A stretch of DNA of 64,000 nucleotides from Thermoanaerobaculia bacterium (GCA_963837455.1 CAWINM010000002.1:129359-193358), one strand, 5' to 3'. Positions 19,960-30,359 are shown, numbered from the stretch's first letter. The notes: generated by a model not told the origin, from the sequence alone. Program-made: numbers and translations.

Positions 19960-20135
19960 TTGCGGCGTCCTGTCCGCCCGTCCGAAACTCCGCGACGCGG
20001 CGGGGACCCACGCCGCTGTCACCGAGGAAGTCTCGACGCAGGATGCGTGCGTGCAGGCGGTCGAGGCCCCGCGCCGCGCGATCTTGTACCTGCACGGCGG
20101 CGCCTACGTGATGGGCTCGCCTGCTTCGTACAGGC
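19960..20135 (+). pseudogene. Alpha/beta hydrolase (HSL-type) fragment
   Basis: [19 protein letters not shown]. Boundaries approximate. Confidence 0.6.
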
Positions 20136-20399
20136 ACGCCGGGCCCCTATCGGCTGGTGCGGCACCCGCTCTACCTCGGTTTTCTTTGCGCCTTCTGGGC
20201 GACACCCCGGATGACCGTCAGCCACCTGGTGTTCGCGCTCGCTACGACCGCCTACGTCCTGGTCGCCATCCAGCTCGAGGAGCGCGATCTCTTGCACGAG
20301 CACGGCGAGACGTATGCCGCCTACCGCCGCGGCGTGCCCATGCTGCTTCCACTGGGCCGCCGTGGCGCCCAAGCCGCGGAGCCCCCTCGAGCCGCGTGA
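20136..20399 (+). pseudogene. C-terminal fragment of an MddA-like / ICMT-family methyltransferase
   Basis: [29 protein letters not shown]...IQLEERDL...[10 protein letters not shown]. Confidence 0.75.
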
Positions 20400-20451
20400 C
20401 GTGCCGGTTCGCCTGCTGGCACTCGGCATCCTGCCCGAGGCGTGCACCCGC

Positions 20452-23400
20452 TCAGTGCCAGTGCGAGAGATCTCCGCTCTCGAACCCGTCGGAGAAGACC
20501 GCCGCTCCCGGCACGATGTCCGAGTCCGTCGCGCTGTTGTTGCTCGGCACCGGATCCGCCACCCCGTCCGGCGGAGCCACCGTCGCCGTGTTGTCCACCG
20601 AGCCGGTGACGAGAGCGCTCACCGTGCAGCTCGCCGTGTAGGTCACGCTCGCGCCGGACGGCAGGTCGACGCCGTCGTTGATGGTTCCCGAGCCCGAGGC
20701 CGTACACGTCCCGCCTCCGGCTCCGGCGCAGGTCCAGGTGCAAGTCAACGACGCCGCGAAGCTATCCGCCACCGTCGAGCCCGGCGCATCGCTCGGGCCG
20801 GCGTTCGCCGCGGTGATGGTGTAGGTCAGCGTACCGTTCGGCAGCGCGACCGCCACCCCGTCGGTCTTGGTGATCGAGAGATCGGCCTGCGCGCCGAGAG
20901 TGTCGCTGTCGGTGGCGCTGTTGTTGCCCGGGGTCGGGTCGGTGACGCCGCCCGGCGCCGTCACCGTCGCCGTGTTGGAGAGCGTCCCGGAGGCCGCCGG
21001 CGAGATCGTGCAGCTCGCCGTGTAGGTGGCGCTGCCGCCCGCCGGCAGGTTCACCGCGTCGTTGACGTTGCCCGAGCCCGAAGCGGTGCAGGTGCCGCCG
21101 CCGGAGCCGACGCAGGTCCAGGTGCAGGTGAGCGGCGCCGGGAAGGCGTCCGCCACCGTGGCGCCACTGGCGCTGCTCGGACCCGCGTTGCTGGCGGTGA
21201 TCGTGTAGGTCACCGAGCCGCCCGGTGTCGCCGTCGTCACCCCATCTGTCTTGGTGATCGCCAGGTCCGCGCTCGCACCCAGCGTGTCGCTGTCAGTGGC
21301 GGTGTTGTTGCCCGGTGTCGGGTCGTTGACGTCGCCGGGCGCCGTCACCGTCGCCGTGTTGGAGAGCGTCCCGGTGGCCGCCGGCGAGATCGCGCAGCTC
21401 GCCGTGTAGGTGACGCTACCGCCCGCCGGCAGGTCCACCGTGTCGTCGACGTCGCCCGAGCCGGAAGCCGTGCAGGTGCCGGCGCCCGCCCCAACGCAGG
21501 TCCAGGTGCAGGTGAGCGCCGCCGGGAAGGTGTCGGCCACCGTCGCTCCCGTCGCGTCGCTCGGCCCGCCGTTGCTCGCCGTGATGGTGTAAGTCACCGA
21601 GCCACCCGGCGTCGCCGTCGTCACCCCGTCCGTCTTGGTGATCGACAGGTCCGCCTGCAAGGACGAGCCGGCGCAGACGGTCACGTCGCTCAAGGTCGGC
21701 GTCGAGGCGGCTTCGCTCGACGACAGGAAGGCTTCGTACTCGAGATAGCGGCTGCCGTCGAACTGGGCGAGCGAGGCCCCGCTCGTCGTGAAGTAAGTCG
21801 ACGCCGTGTTGTCGGGGCCGACGAAGCTGAAGGGTCCGTCCGGTGAGTTGCTCGCCGCCGCCTGGAACTGGACGCTGGTGTTGGCCGGCGTGGTCGCAGT
21901 GAAGGACAACGTCGACCAGAATATCTGCGCCCCCGCCAGGCTGCTGTCCTTGAGGCTCGAGATCAGCGTCCCCGCGCTCGAGTAGGCCGGAGAGACGTAG
22001 ACCTTGAAGCCGAGGTCGGTGTTGGAGGGCGAGGTCCAGGTCACGCCATTGGTCGACCGGCACTCGCCGCCGTTGGCATAGGGGTTGGAGGCCGCGCTGC
22101 GGGTCGCGGCGTAGGTCCCGGTGTTGGCAGCGCCGATGAGGACGAGGGTGTAGCTCGTCCCGGCAGTGACCACTGCCGGGCTGGCGAAGGTCGCGGTGTA
22201 CGAGGTCGGCGTCGAGCTGGCGAAGCCGGGAATCGTCGCCGAGGCGAGGATCGTATTGCCAGGAGTCCGCGTGCCGACCGTGGCGCCTGTCGCGTCGCGA
22301 ATTTGCACGGTGATCGGGCCACCGGTGACCGTGCAGGTCGTGCTGCAGAAGAGGCTGACGTCGACCTGGGTGATGGCGCCGCTGACCGCCGGCACGAACG
22401 ACTGTCCTTCGCGGCTGTTCGAGGTCAGCGTGTTGCCCGTCGCCCCGAGCGTGGTGTTCGATTGGTCCAGCGATCCCGGCGTGGTGAGGGCCAGCTTGAC
22501 GTCTCCCGGGCTCGACGTGAGGTCGACGCTGGCCGGCGTGCCGGCCTGGAAGTCGGCCAGGGAAGTGTCGGTCAGGCAGGCGAAGTCCGGCGCCACCGCG
22601 AGGGCAAGGTCCTGCACCGTCGTGGCGTTCGGGTCGACGCTCACCTCGCCCGCGCTCTTGGCGAGGAAGCCTGGAGCGTTCGCCGTCACCGTGTAGACGC
22701 CGACTGGCACGTTCGTCATCTGGTAGAAGCCGACGCCGTCGGTGGAGGTGCTGGCGGCGGCCGTCACGGTCGCGCCGGAGATCGGCGCGGCAGTGTCAGC
22801 TCGCGTCACGGTGCCGTTCAGCGTTCCCGTGGGCAGCAAGCAATCGGGGAAGCTGAAGGCGCCGATGCGGGTGTTCCAAGCCGAGCTGCTCGTCGCCGAG
22901 AAGTACTCGTTGGTCATCCAGAAGGTGCAGCCGTCGGCGACGTCGACGCCTGTCGCGCTGTAGTCGCCCCAGCGTCCGCTGCCGCTCGTCTGGTGGCCGG
23001 CGCCCTGGACGAGCAGGGCCTCGCCCTGGGCCAGGCTGTCGAGGGGATCGGCGGGCTTGCGCGCCGCATAGCGGATCGACGGATTGACAGCGCTGCCGGA
23101 AACCGAATAGTTGATCGCCAGGTTGCCGTTCGAGTCGAGCGCCAGGCTGGGCATGAAGCGGTAGAGGCCGTCGGCGCCGTTGCTGAAGGTCTGCTGCTGC
23201 GCCGGCGCCGCCGGCAGCGTGCCACCGGAGACGTCGAACTGATACCAGCGGATGGCGGTGGGGCCGGAGGTCCCCGAAGCGAATATGGTTTGGCTTGCCC
23301 ACAGCGACTCGTCGCCGTTGAGGTTCTGGTAGTAAAGCGGGTACATCAGCTTGTCGCCAAGGGTGTCGAGCAGCGCCGCCGTGCCGGTCTGCGGCACGAT

Positions 23401-24660
23401 CAAGGTGCCCGCGCCGGTGAAGGCGTCGACGAAGCCGTCGACCGTGATGGCGGCGTTCGGCCCGTGGCTCACACCGGAGCCAAAGGTGGAATTGACGGGC
23501 GTCGTGAAGTCGGCGTGGAAGCGGTAGCCGAAGACCGCGGTCTCCGTGGTGCCGGCGGTTGCCGAGCTGTTGACCGAAAGCAGGAACTCGTCTTCCCCTG
23601 CGGGCGGCGCGCCAAAGCGGAAGGTGGCGGGCACGAGGCTGTACTGGTCGCCGAGCGTCGCCGGATCGATCGAAAAGCCGATCGCGTTGGCGGCGAGCCC
23701 CTGCACCATGCTCTTGCGGTCGAGGGCGTACACCCGCACGCCGTTGAACGTCGTGTTGTTGGAGAACTCGTTCATCGTCATGTAGTAGCCGTCGGGCCAG
23801 AGACCGAGCTTCGGATAGTCGCCGAGATAGCTCGGGTGGGACGGGTCGACCTGGACCGCGTAGAGGTACCAGCCGCCGCCCACCGGATCGGGGGTCTTCG
23901 AGACGCCGATGCACTGGTAGAACGAGGTGCCCGGAAAGGCCGGGAAGGCGAAGTCCGAGACCACCCAGCGGTCGGCCAGGTGGTCGTAGAAGACGACGCC
24001 GTCGCCGTCGTTGGCCGCGTTGCCGCAGGGGACGCCGGTACCGAGCCCGGCGAAAAACGAGTTGTAGCTCGCCTGGGCGAGGAGCACGCCGCCGCTCTTG
24101 TCGAAGATCTTGATCGACGAGTTGACCGACTGAATGTAGTGGTTGGGACCGACGTCGCCGTCGGTGTCCGGCGGCAGGCAGCCGCAGCCGCTCATCGTCG
24201 AGTTGATGCCGTCGAACGAGATCGACGGTGTCGGCGTCTGCGCCGACGCCAGCTTCGCCGCGTCGCGCAAAGCGAACGCCTCGTCGACGATCTCCGGGGC
24301 CCACGGCGCCTCGTCGAGGACGTCGTCACCCTCTTCCTGCTCCTCCTCCGTCGACGAGAGGTCGCTGGGAGGATGGCGCATCAAGCGGCGCCTCTCGAAG
24401 CTCACCCGCGGCGGGACGTGCGGCAGCTGCCGGAGGTCGAGATCCTGCGCAACGGGCCCCACCATGCGGACGACGTCCGGCTTGCCTGGCTCGGCGGGCG
24501 CCGGGGTGGCGCTGCCCCCGGCCTGTGCGGCGGCCGGTCCGGCGGCGAGCGCCGCCGAGAGAGCCGCAGCAGCGACGAATCGCTGCCAAGCCCCGGACCG
24601 AATTCCCCCTGAGGTGCCCAAGTTGGCAACGCGATCCGACGCGGCGCCGCTGCTCGGCAT
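20452..24660 (-). CDS. Large secreted multidomain protein (about 1400 aa) with carboxypeptidase-regulatory-like domain, 3 DUF11 repeats and FSDGFESG tail
   Basis: GGAGG RBS, signal-like region, PPDTDGDVGPNHY domain, three ADL.ITKTDG repeats, ends VFSDGFESGDLSHWH. Confidence 0.85.
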   Translation of the reverse strand: MPSSGAASDRVANLGTSGGIRSGAWQRFVAAAALSAALAAGPAAAQAGGSATPAPAEPGKPDVVRMVGPVAQDLDLRQLPHVPPRVSFERRRLMRHPPSDLSSTEEEQEEGDDVLDEAPWAPEIVDEAFALRDAAKLASAQTPTPSISFDGINSTMSGCGCLPPDTDGDVGPNHYIQSVNSSIKIFDKSGGVLLAQASYNSFFAGLGTGVPCGNAANDGDGVVFYDHLADRWVVSDFAFPAFPGTSFYQCIGVSKTPDPVGGGWYLYAVQVDPSHPSYLGDYPKLGLWPDGYYMTMNEFSNNTTFNGVRVYALDRKSMVQGLAANAIGFSIDPATLGDQYSLVPATFRFGAPPAGEDEFLLSVNSSATAGTTETAVFGYRFHADFTTPVNSTFGSGVSHGPNAAITVDGFVDAFTGAGTLIVPQTGTAALLDTLGDKLMYPLYYQNLNGDESLWASQTIFASGTSGPTAIRWYQFDVSGGTLPAAPAQQQTFSNGADGLYRFMPSLALDSNGNLAINYSVSGSAVNPSIRYAARKPADPLDSLAQGEALLVQGAGHQTSGSGRWGDYSATGVDVADGCTFWMTNEYFSATSSSAWNTRIGAFSFPDCLLPTGTLNGTVTRADTAAPISGATVTAAASTSTDGVGFYQMTNVPVGVYTVTANAPGFLAKSAGEVSVDPNATTVQDLALAVAPDFACLTDTSLADFQAGTPASVDLTSSPGDVKLALTTPGSLDQSNTTLGATGNTLTSNSREGQSFVPAVSGAITQVDVSLFCSTTCTVTGGPITVQIRDATGATVGTRTPGNTILASATIPGFASSTPTSYTATFASPAVVTAGTSYTLVLIGAANTGTYAATRSAASNPYANGGECRSTNGVTWTSPSNTDLGFKVYVSPAYSSAGTLISSLKDSSLAGAQIFWSTLSFTATTPANTSVQFQAAASNSPDGPFSFVGPDNTASTYFTTSGASLAQFDGSRYLEYEAFLSSSEAASTPTLSDVTVCAGSSLQADLSITKTDGVTTATPGGSVTYTITASNGGPSDATGATVADTFPAALTCTWTCVGAGAGTCTASGSGDVDDTVDLPAGGSVTYTASCAISPAATGTLSNTATVTAPGDVNDPTPGNNTATDSDTLGASADLAITKTDGVTTATPGGSVTYTITASNAGPSSASGATVADAFPAPLTCTWTCVGSGGGTCTASGSGNVNDAVNLPAGGSATYTASCTISPAASGTLSNTATVTAPGGVTDPTPGNNSATDSDTLGAQADLSITKTDGVAVALPNGTLTYTITAANAGPSDAPGSTVADSFAASLTCTWTCAGAGGGTCTASGSGTINDGVDLPSGASVTYTASCTVSALVTGSVDNTATVAPPDGVADPVPSNNSATDSDIVPGAAVFSDGFESGDLSHWH
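20505..21656 (-). repeat. Three tandem 384-bp DUF11-coding repeats
   Basis: gtcttggtgatcg recurs at 20864, 21248 and 21632 (period 384 bp, 128 aa). Confidence 0.9.
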
Positions 24661-24917
24661 AACTTCCACCTCCGCAAAGCGGTACAAAGGCGAGGCGATA
24701 TGCCGGCGAGAAGAATCCCCGCGAGGCGACGCGAGCGAAGCAAGGGGTCGCTCGAGGCGGTGGTGAGACGGCCGTGGCCGCACGTGCGCGAAGCCGAGGC
24801 GCGACTTGCCGGCGTCCACACTTCCCCTCCCGCCCGGCACTCAGATCCTGAGGCCGGTTGACGAATCAACTCAGGAGGCGGATCTTGATCACGGGATGGG
24901 CGGAATGGAATATATCC

Positions 24918-25007
24918 ATGGTTAGAGAGTACAGGGGGGAGCTCTGCTCCAACGACCGCGACTTCGGTCGCTTCCCCGGCCTGCGCTGGGTGACCCCGCT
25001 GACCTGA
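24918..25007 (+). pseudogene. VapC (PIN) toxin C-terminal remnant
   Basis: Manual translation MVREYRGELCSNDRDFGRFPGLRWVTPLT* resembles VapC C-termini. Too short for the ORF track. Confidence 0.65.
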
Positions 25008-25175
25008 CGCTACGTGCTCGGAGGCGAGCTGGCAGCGGGGCGATTCGCATCGCAAGCGTGGGTCATGGGGTCTTCGCTGCGACCCCGATAGCCCTCGGGA
25101 TACGGCCTCGCATCGATGTCCTTCGGTGGCACCTGAGCCGCCACCCGGCACCTATTCGACTCCGGAGAGGGGACA

Positions 25176-25757
25176 CTAGGCGGGCCGGACTCGAGCTCTG
25201 GGCGGAGTAGGACTCGCCTCTGGCGGGGGAGTGGTGGCGGGAGGTGGCGCCTCGACCGGCGTCTCGACCGCTGGCGGGAGCACGGGCGGGGTCGCTTCCG
25301 GAGTGGCCACCGGCTCCAGCGTTGGCAGCGGGGTCGGGGTTGGCGGCGGTGTGGGCGCGGGCAGCGGCGTCGGGGTAGGCGGTGGTGTGGACGCGGGCAG
25401 CGGCGTCGTGACAGGTAGCGCCGTCGTGACGGGCGGCGGCGTTGCTGCCGGCGGCGACCGATGCGCGGGCACCCTCTTCACCACCGGCTTTGCAGAGTGG
25501 CGCGGCTCGGGCGTCGGCTCGGGCGTCGCCACCGGTGTGGCTTCGGACGCGGGGGCTGGTCCCGGGGTGGCCAACGGCTGCGCCGCGGTCTCCACCGACG
25601 CTGCCACCGGGGTGGGCGCCGGCAAGGGTTGCGAATTCAGGTCGTGCTCGCTGGCCAGGCTGAGAAGCCCACCCACGGCGGCGACGATGGCGATCGCGAT
25701 GGAAAGTATCAGGAGCTTGGCCCCTCTGCCGAGCCCTTCGATACTCTTGTTTTGCAT
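25176..25757 (-). CDS. Membrane-anchored Pro/Thr-rich protein
   Basis: AGGAGG RBS, one N-terminal TM helix, TP/PTP repeats. Confidence 0.7.
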   Translation of the reverse strand: MQNKSIEGLGRGAKLLILSIAIAIVAAVGGLLSLASEHDLNSQPLPAPTPVAASVETAAQPLATPGPAPASEATPVATPEPTPEPRHSAKPVVKRVPAHRSPPAATPPPVTTALPVTTPLPASTPPPTPTPLPAPTPPPTPTPLPTLEPVATPEATPPVLPPAVETPVEAPPPATTPPPEASPTPPRARVRPA

Positions 25758-25869
25758 GGCTCGAGCCTCCTGGAAAGTGCGCTGAAGCCGCTCAGGGGAG
25801 CAGACTCAGCAAGGAAGAGAACAGCACGCGCCGCCCTCAATTCTCGAGTGAGGAGCAGGATTTGGGCCA

Positions 25870-25922
25870 GCCGGCAGCCCAGTGCCCCGCCCCACCTCCT
25901 TGGTGGTGAAGAACGGCTCGAC
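25870..25922 (-). pseudogene. Histidine kinase HATPase fragment
   Basis: EPFFTTKEVGRGTGL (F and G2 boxes) with no surrounding kinase sequence. Confidence 0.55.
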
Positions 25923-26217
25923 GTAGCCGAACACCACGGTGCCCTTGAACCGGCCGTTGAGAGAGAACGGAAGGGACGGAGTGGGAATGCCCCTGCCGCT
26001 CGGCCGACGGCGGTGACGATGTGGCCGGCCACGTCGCAACCATTCGCATGGCGCCACCATGCCAGGACGGGTCGCTTCCCACTGACGATTCGTCTGAGGG
26101 TCATGGTGCCTCCGTAGGGCGCGAGCGGGAAGCGGAGCCCGGAGCAGGGCGCCATTGCGCGGGGCTACGGCCGCATCGGGCGAGCTGCGCTGGAGTGCCG
26201 GCGGCTCCCGAAGGGGG

Positions 26218-27690
26218 CTAGGCGAGGGAGCGGCCGAGCTCGCGCAGGACCTCGAGCAGATCGATGACGTCCTGCTCGCGCAGCCGATGGTTGACGCTGC
26301 AGGCGCGCAGCGCGGTGCGGCCGCGCAGCCGAGTCACGGAGAGGAAGAAGCGACCGTCGTGTTCGACTGCCTCGGCCAGGCGAGCATTCAGCCGGTCGCG
26401 CGCGCTCGGCTCGCTCAGGCCGCGTGGACGGTATTGGAAGCAGACGACCGAGAGCGGTACCGGGGCGAGGCGGACGAAGTCGTCCGCCTCATCGATTCGC
26501 TCGGCCAGGTAGCGCATGACGCGGATGTTGCTCTCGACGGCCGCCCGCAGCCGTCGCGCCCCGTAGGCCTTGAAGGTCATCCACACCTTGAGGGCGCGGA
26601 AGCCTCGCGACAGCTGCGCGCCGTAGTCCTTGAAGTCGATCCTTTCCGCCTCCGGGTCGGCGCTCTGCACTCCGAAGTAGTCCGCGGAGATGGCGAAGGT
26701 GCGCCGGAGGGCCTCCGGGGAGCGTACCAGCAGGCAGGCTGCCTCGACCGGCACGAACAGCCATTTGTGGGGATTGACCACCACCGAGTCGGCGCGCTCC
26801 AGCCCGCGGAAGAGCGGCGCGGCGAGGGCGGTGCCCGCGGCCGGTCCGCCGTAGGCCGCATCGACGTGGAACCACAGTCCCTCGGCGTGACAGAGGTCGG
26901 CCAGGGCGTCGAGCGGATCGATCGCGCCGGTGTTGGTGGTGCCGGCGTTGCCGATCACGCAGAACGGGCGCAGCCCCGCACGCCGATCAGCGGCGATCCG
27001 CGCGGCGAGGGCCGCGAGGTCGATTCTGAAGTCGTCTCCCACGGCGATCCGACGCAGCTGGCGCCGCCCCATGCCCAGCAGCGCCATTGCCTTGTCGAGC
27101 GAGGCGTGCCCCTCCTCGGAGACGTAGGCGACGAGCGGTGGACCGGCCGCCACCCCGAGCTCGGAGACCTCACACCCTGCGCGCTCTGTGCGGGCCACGG
27201 CGAGGCCGGCGAGGTTGCCTGCCGAGCCGCCGCTCAACAGGCAGCCACCCTCCTCGACGGGACAGCCGATGAGCTCGGCGATCCAGCGCACCACCCGCCG
27301 CTCCACCTCCGAAGCCGCAGGGGAGAACTGCCACTTGGCGCAGATCTGGTTCGCGGCTGCCGCCAACAGCTCACCGAGCACCGCCACCTGGTTGCCGCTG
27401 CCGTTGACATAGCCGAAAAAGCGCGGGGTCAGCGAGAAGACGGAGCGCGCGAGGATGCGTTCTTCTACCTCTTCGAGCACCGTGGCAACCGGTTGCGGCT
27501 CCTCGGGAAGGGGCTCAGCGAAGAGAGCGGCGATCTCGGTCTGATCCGCTCGGGGAGTGATCCTCCCTCGATCGAGGCCCTGGTGGAGCCGCAAGACCAC
27601 CTCGGCCGCCTGGCGCAGCTGGGCCCCAAAGGCCTCGAGGCTCTCGTCCAGGCAGGTCGAGCCCTCGCCAGCCAGGGTGCGCTCCTCCAT
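26218..27690 (-). CDS. Group II PLP-dependent amino acid decarboxylase
   Basis: SGGSAGN, HASLDKA, AGTTNTGAID, HVDAAYGG, PLP lysine in NPHKW. Confidence 0.92.
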   Translation of the reverse strand: MEERTLAGEGSTCLDESLEAFGAQLRQAAEVVLRLHQGLDRGRITPRADQTEIAALFAEPLPEEPQPVATVLEEVEERILARSVFSLTPRFFGYVNGSGNQVAVLGELLAAAANQICAKWQFSPAASEVERRVVRWIAELIGCPVEEGGCLLSGGSAGNLAGLAVARTERAGCEVSELGVAAGPPLVAYVSEEGHASLDKAMALLGMGRRQLRRIAVGDDFRIDLAALAARIAADRRAGLRPFCVIGNAGTTNTGAIDPLDALADLCHAEGLWFHVDAAYGGPAAGTALAAPLFRGLERADSVVVNPHKWLFVPVEAACLLVRSPEALRRTFAISADYFGVQSADPEAERIDFKDYGAQLSRGFRALKVWMTFKAYGARRLRAAVESNIRVMRYLAERIDEADDFVRLAPVPLSVVCFQYRPRGLSEPSARDRLNARLAEAVEHDGRFFLSVTRLRGRTALRACSVNHRLREQDVIDLLEVLRELGRSLA

Positions 27691-27783
27691 CTCACCGACC
27701 TCCTCGGAACGGCTCTTGGGGCCGTGCCACCGAAGACTAGGTCGGCGGATCGGTGGGGTCTTGGACGATCTTGCCGAGGGCTC

Positions 27784-28662
27784 CTACGAAGCGGGGATGG
27801 GCTTCGACGCTCGATCTGCCCCCCGCGGCGCCGCGTAGCGCCCAGGCGTCACTCCGAGCAGCCGCTTGAAGCTGCGGGTGAGGTGGCTCTGATCGCAGAA
27901 GCCCGTCTGGTAGACCACGTCGACGATCGTCTCGCCCGCAGCCAGTAGACGCCGAGCGCGGTTGACGCGGACGCAGGTCTGGTAGCGATGGGGTGGGACG
28001 CCGACCTCTCGCCCGAAGGCGCGCACCAGCGTGTAAGGGCTCAAGCCCGCGAGTGCGGCGAGCTCGGCGAGCGAGACGTTGTGGTCGGAGTGGGCGTCGA
28101 GCCATTCTCGAACCCGCCGCACGGCCAGGCGCTCGCGGCCCGTCCCGGGCAGCGCCTCGCCGTCGACCACGTGATCGGTGACCAGGCGGGCCGCGACCGG
28201 CAGCAGCTGCGAGTCCATCTCGAGCTGGGAGGTCGGGGTCGCCAAGGCGGCAAACGCCCACGCCAGGCAAGCGGCAAGCACAGGGTCACACACCAGTGGC
28301 GAGCGGAAGCGGACGTCGGATCCCCGGTCTCGCCCCACTCCGGCCAGGAGCAACCGCATCCGGCTGGGATCGAGGTAGAGGTTGCGGTAGGCCCAGCCGT
28401 CCGGCGAGGTCGCCCTTCCGGTGTGGACCTCACCGGGAGCGATCAAGTTGCAGGTGCCCGGGCGGGCGTCGCGCAGCTCGCCGCGGCAATCGAAGGCGCC
28501 GCGCCCGCTCTCGTTCCAGCTCACCGCGTAGAAGTCGTGCTGGTGAGGGGGGAAGGAGGTCTCGAACCAATGGGCGCGGAACACCTCGAACCCGGCCAGG
28601 CCGGGCCAGCGCGTGCACTGGACGACATCGAGGGAGCACCTGGTGGCGACCTCGGGTCTCAT
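27784..28662 (-). CDS. AraC-family transcriptional regulator
   Basis: FPPHQH cupin; GFCDQSHLTRSFKRLLGVTPG HTH. Confidence 0.92.
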   Translation of the reverse strand: MRPEVATRCSLDVVQCTRWPGLAGFEVFRAHWFETSFPPHQHDFYAVSWNESGRGAFDCRGELRDARPGTCNLIAPGEVHTGRATSPDGWAYRNLYLDPSRMRLLLAGVGRDRGSDVRFRSPLVCDPVLAACLAWAFAALATPTSQLEMDSQLLPVAARLVTDHVVDGEALPGTGRERLAVRRVREWLDAHSDHNVSLAELAALAGLSPYTLVRAFGREVGVPPHRYQTCVRVNRARRLLAAGETIVDVVYQTGFCDQSHLTRSFKRLLGVTPGRYAAPRGADRASKPIPAS

Positions 28663-29066
28663 CGGCCTCCGTGGGGAAGGGCGCTCACCGACTGCGAGTC
28701 GAGCGCGGGAGGCCCCATGCTGTCACGGTACGACGAGCTCGAGGATGGCGCCCTCGCCGGAGCGCTCTCGATGCAACAGGTCCTTGCAGTGACAGGCTGG
28801 CGGCGAACGATCTCCCGCGAGCGCGGGGAACTGGCTCGCACCCGATTTCGGATCGGTTGGTTCTTCCGCGAGAACAGGAAAACCGGCGTTCCGTCGTCCC
28901 GCTGTTTGCGCACGCGAGGTTTGACATCGCGTACATTCCCAGCCACCGACCGCTGCACCACGCCGAGGCGCCTCACGACACTCATCCCTTGGAATACGCG
29001 CGAGGTGCCGGGGCGATGCCCCGGCGCGCAGTAGACTGCGGGTGAGCTACCGAGGAGCGCTCGCCC

Positions 29067-30359
29067 ATGCCCACCACCACCCGCTGGATCGGTCTCTCGC
29101 TCGGCGCCGACCTCTGCTGGCCGCTCTGCTTCGAGCAGCTGGTGCGGCGGCTCGACCTCGCCATCCCCTGGGGGGGCGAGGAGGTGCGGGTGGCGGTCGA
29201 GCGGGTGACCATCGAGCCCTACGACCTGCAGCAGGCCACCAAGTACACGGTGGTGCTCGACCGGCTCACCCACTGGTACTACACCAGCCGCGAGTGGATC
29301 AAGAAGGCGGTGATCCTCGACGACGTCTACGTGCTCAACAACCCGTGGGCGGTGCAGTCGATGGAGAAGCACACCACCTACTGCGCGATGATGCGGCTGG
29401 GGATGCCGATCCCGCGCACCTGGATGGTGCCGCCCAAGGAGTACGAGCAGAGCAACCCCGACCTCGAGCCGACGCTGCAGCGTTATGCCAGGCTGTTCGA
29501 CCTCGGCACGGTCGGCGGGCAGGTGGGCTACCCGCTGTTCATGAAGCCTTACGACGGCGGCGCCTGGCGCGGGGTGTCGAAGATCGACGACGAGGCGACG
29601 CTGCGCGCCGCCTACGAGGAGAGCGGCAAGAGCGTCATGCACCTGCAGGCGGCGGTGGTGCCCTTCGACCTCTTCGTGCGCGCCATCGGCCTCGGGCCGC
29701 AGGTGCGGGTCGTCAAGTACGACCCGGCGGCGCCGCTGCACGACCGTTACCGCATGGAGGCACCGCCGATCGACGAGGGCGAGCGGGCGCTGCTCGAGGA
29801 CACCTGCCTCACCATCAACAGCTTCTTCGGCTGGGACTTCAACTCCTGCGAGAGCCTGCGCCAGGGCGGCACCTTCCACCCCATCGACTTCGCCAACGCC
29901 TGCCCCGACAGCCAGGTGACCTCGCTGCACTTCCACTTCCCCTGGCTGGTGCTCGCCAAGCTGCGCTGGGCGGTGTACTGCGCGGTGACGCGGCGGCGCA
30001 TGCGCCAGACGCTCGACTGGGAGCCCTTCTACGCGGTGGCGCGCGAGGAGCTGCCTTACCGGGAGAAGCTCGCGCGCTACGCCGCCATCGCCCGCGAGCG
30101 GCTCGAGGCGGAGCGCTTCGCCGACTTCTGCGGCGAGCACCTCGCCCACCTCGACGCGGTGGCCGACGAGTTCTTCGCCTCGCCGGAGTGTCGCGAGGCG
30201 GTGCGGCTCAAGGTCGAGGCGCTCTACCCGCCGCACGAGGTGGAGTCGTTCACCGACCTCTTCTTCGGCCGCATCCAGCGCTGGCGGGCGGAGCAGGCGG
30301 CGGCGCGGCAGGGGCAGGGGACGGCGGACGGCGCGGCGCGGCCGTCGGTTCCCGCGTAG
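29067..30359 (+). CDS. ATP-grasp fold protein of unknown substrate
   Basis: NNPW...EK, GYPLFMKPYDGGAW, IDFANACP. GAGGAG RBS. Confidence 0.8.
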   Translation: MPTTTRWIGLSLGADLCWPLCFEQLVRRLDLAIPWGGEEVRVAVERVTIEPYDLQQATKYTVVLDRLTHWYYTSREWIKKAVILDDVYVLNNPWAVQSMEKHTTYCAMMRLGMPIPRTWMVPPKEYEQSNPDLEPTLQRYARLFDLGTVGGQVGYPLFMKPYDGGAWRGVSKIDDEATLRAAYEESGKSVMHLQAAVVPFDLFVRAIGLGPQVRVVKYDPAAPLHDRYRMEAPPIDEGERALLEDTCLTINSFFGWDFNSCESLRQGGTFHPIDFANACPDSQVTSLHFHFPWLVLAKLRWAVYCAVTRRRMRQTLDWEPFYAVAREELPYREKLARYAAIARERLEAERFADFCGEHLAHLDAVADEFFASPECREAVRLKVEALYPPHEVESFTDLFFGRIQRWRAEQAAARQGQGTADGAARPSVPA

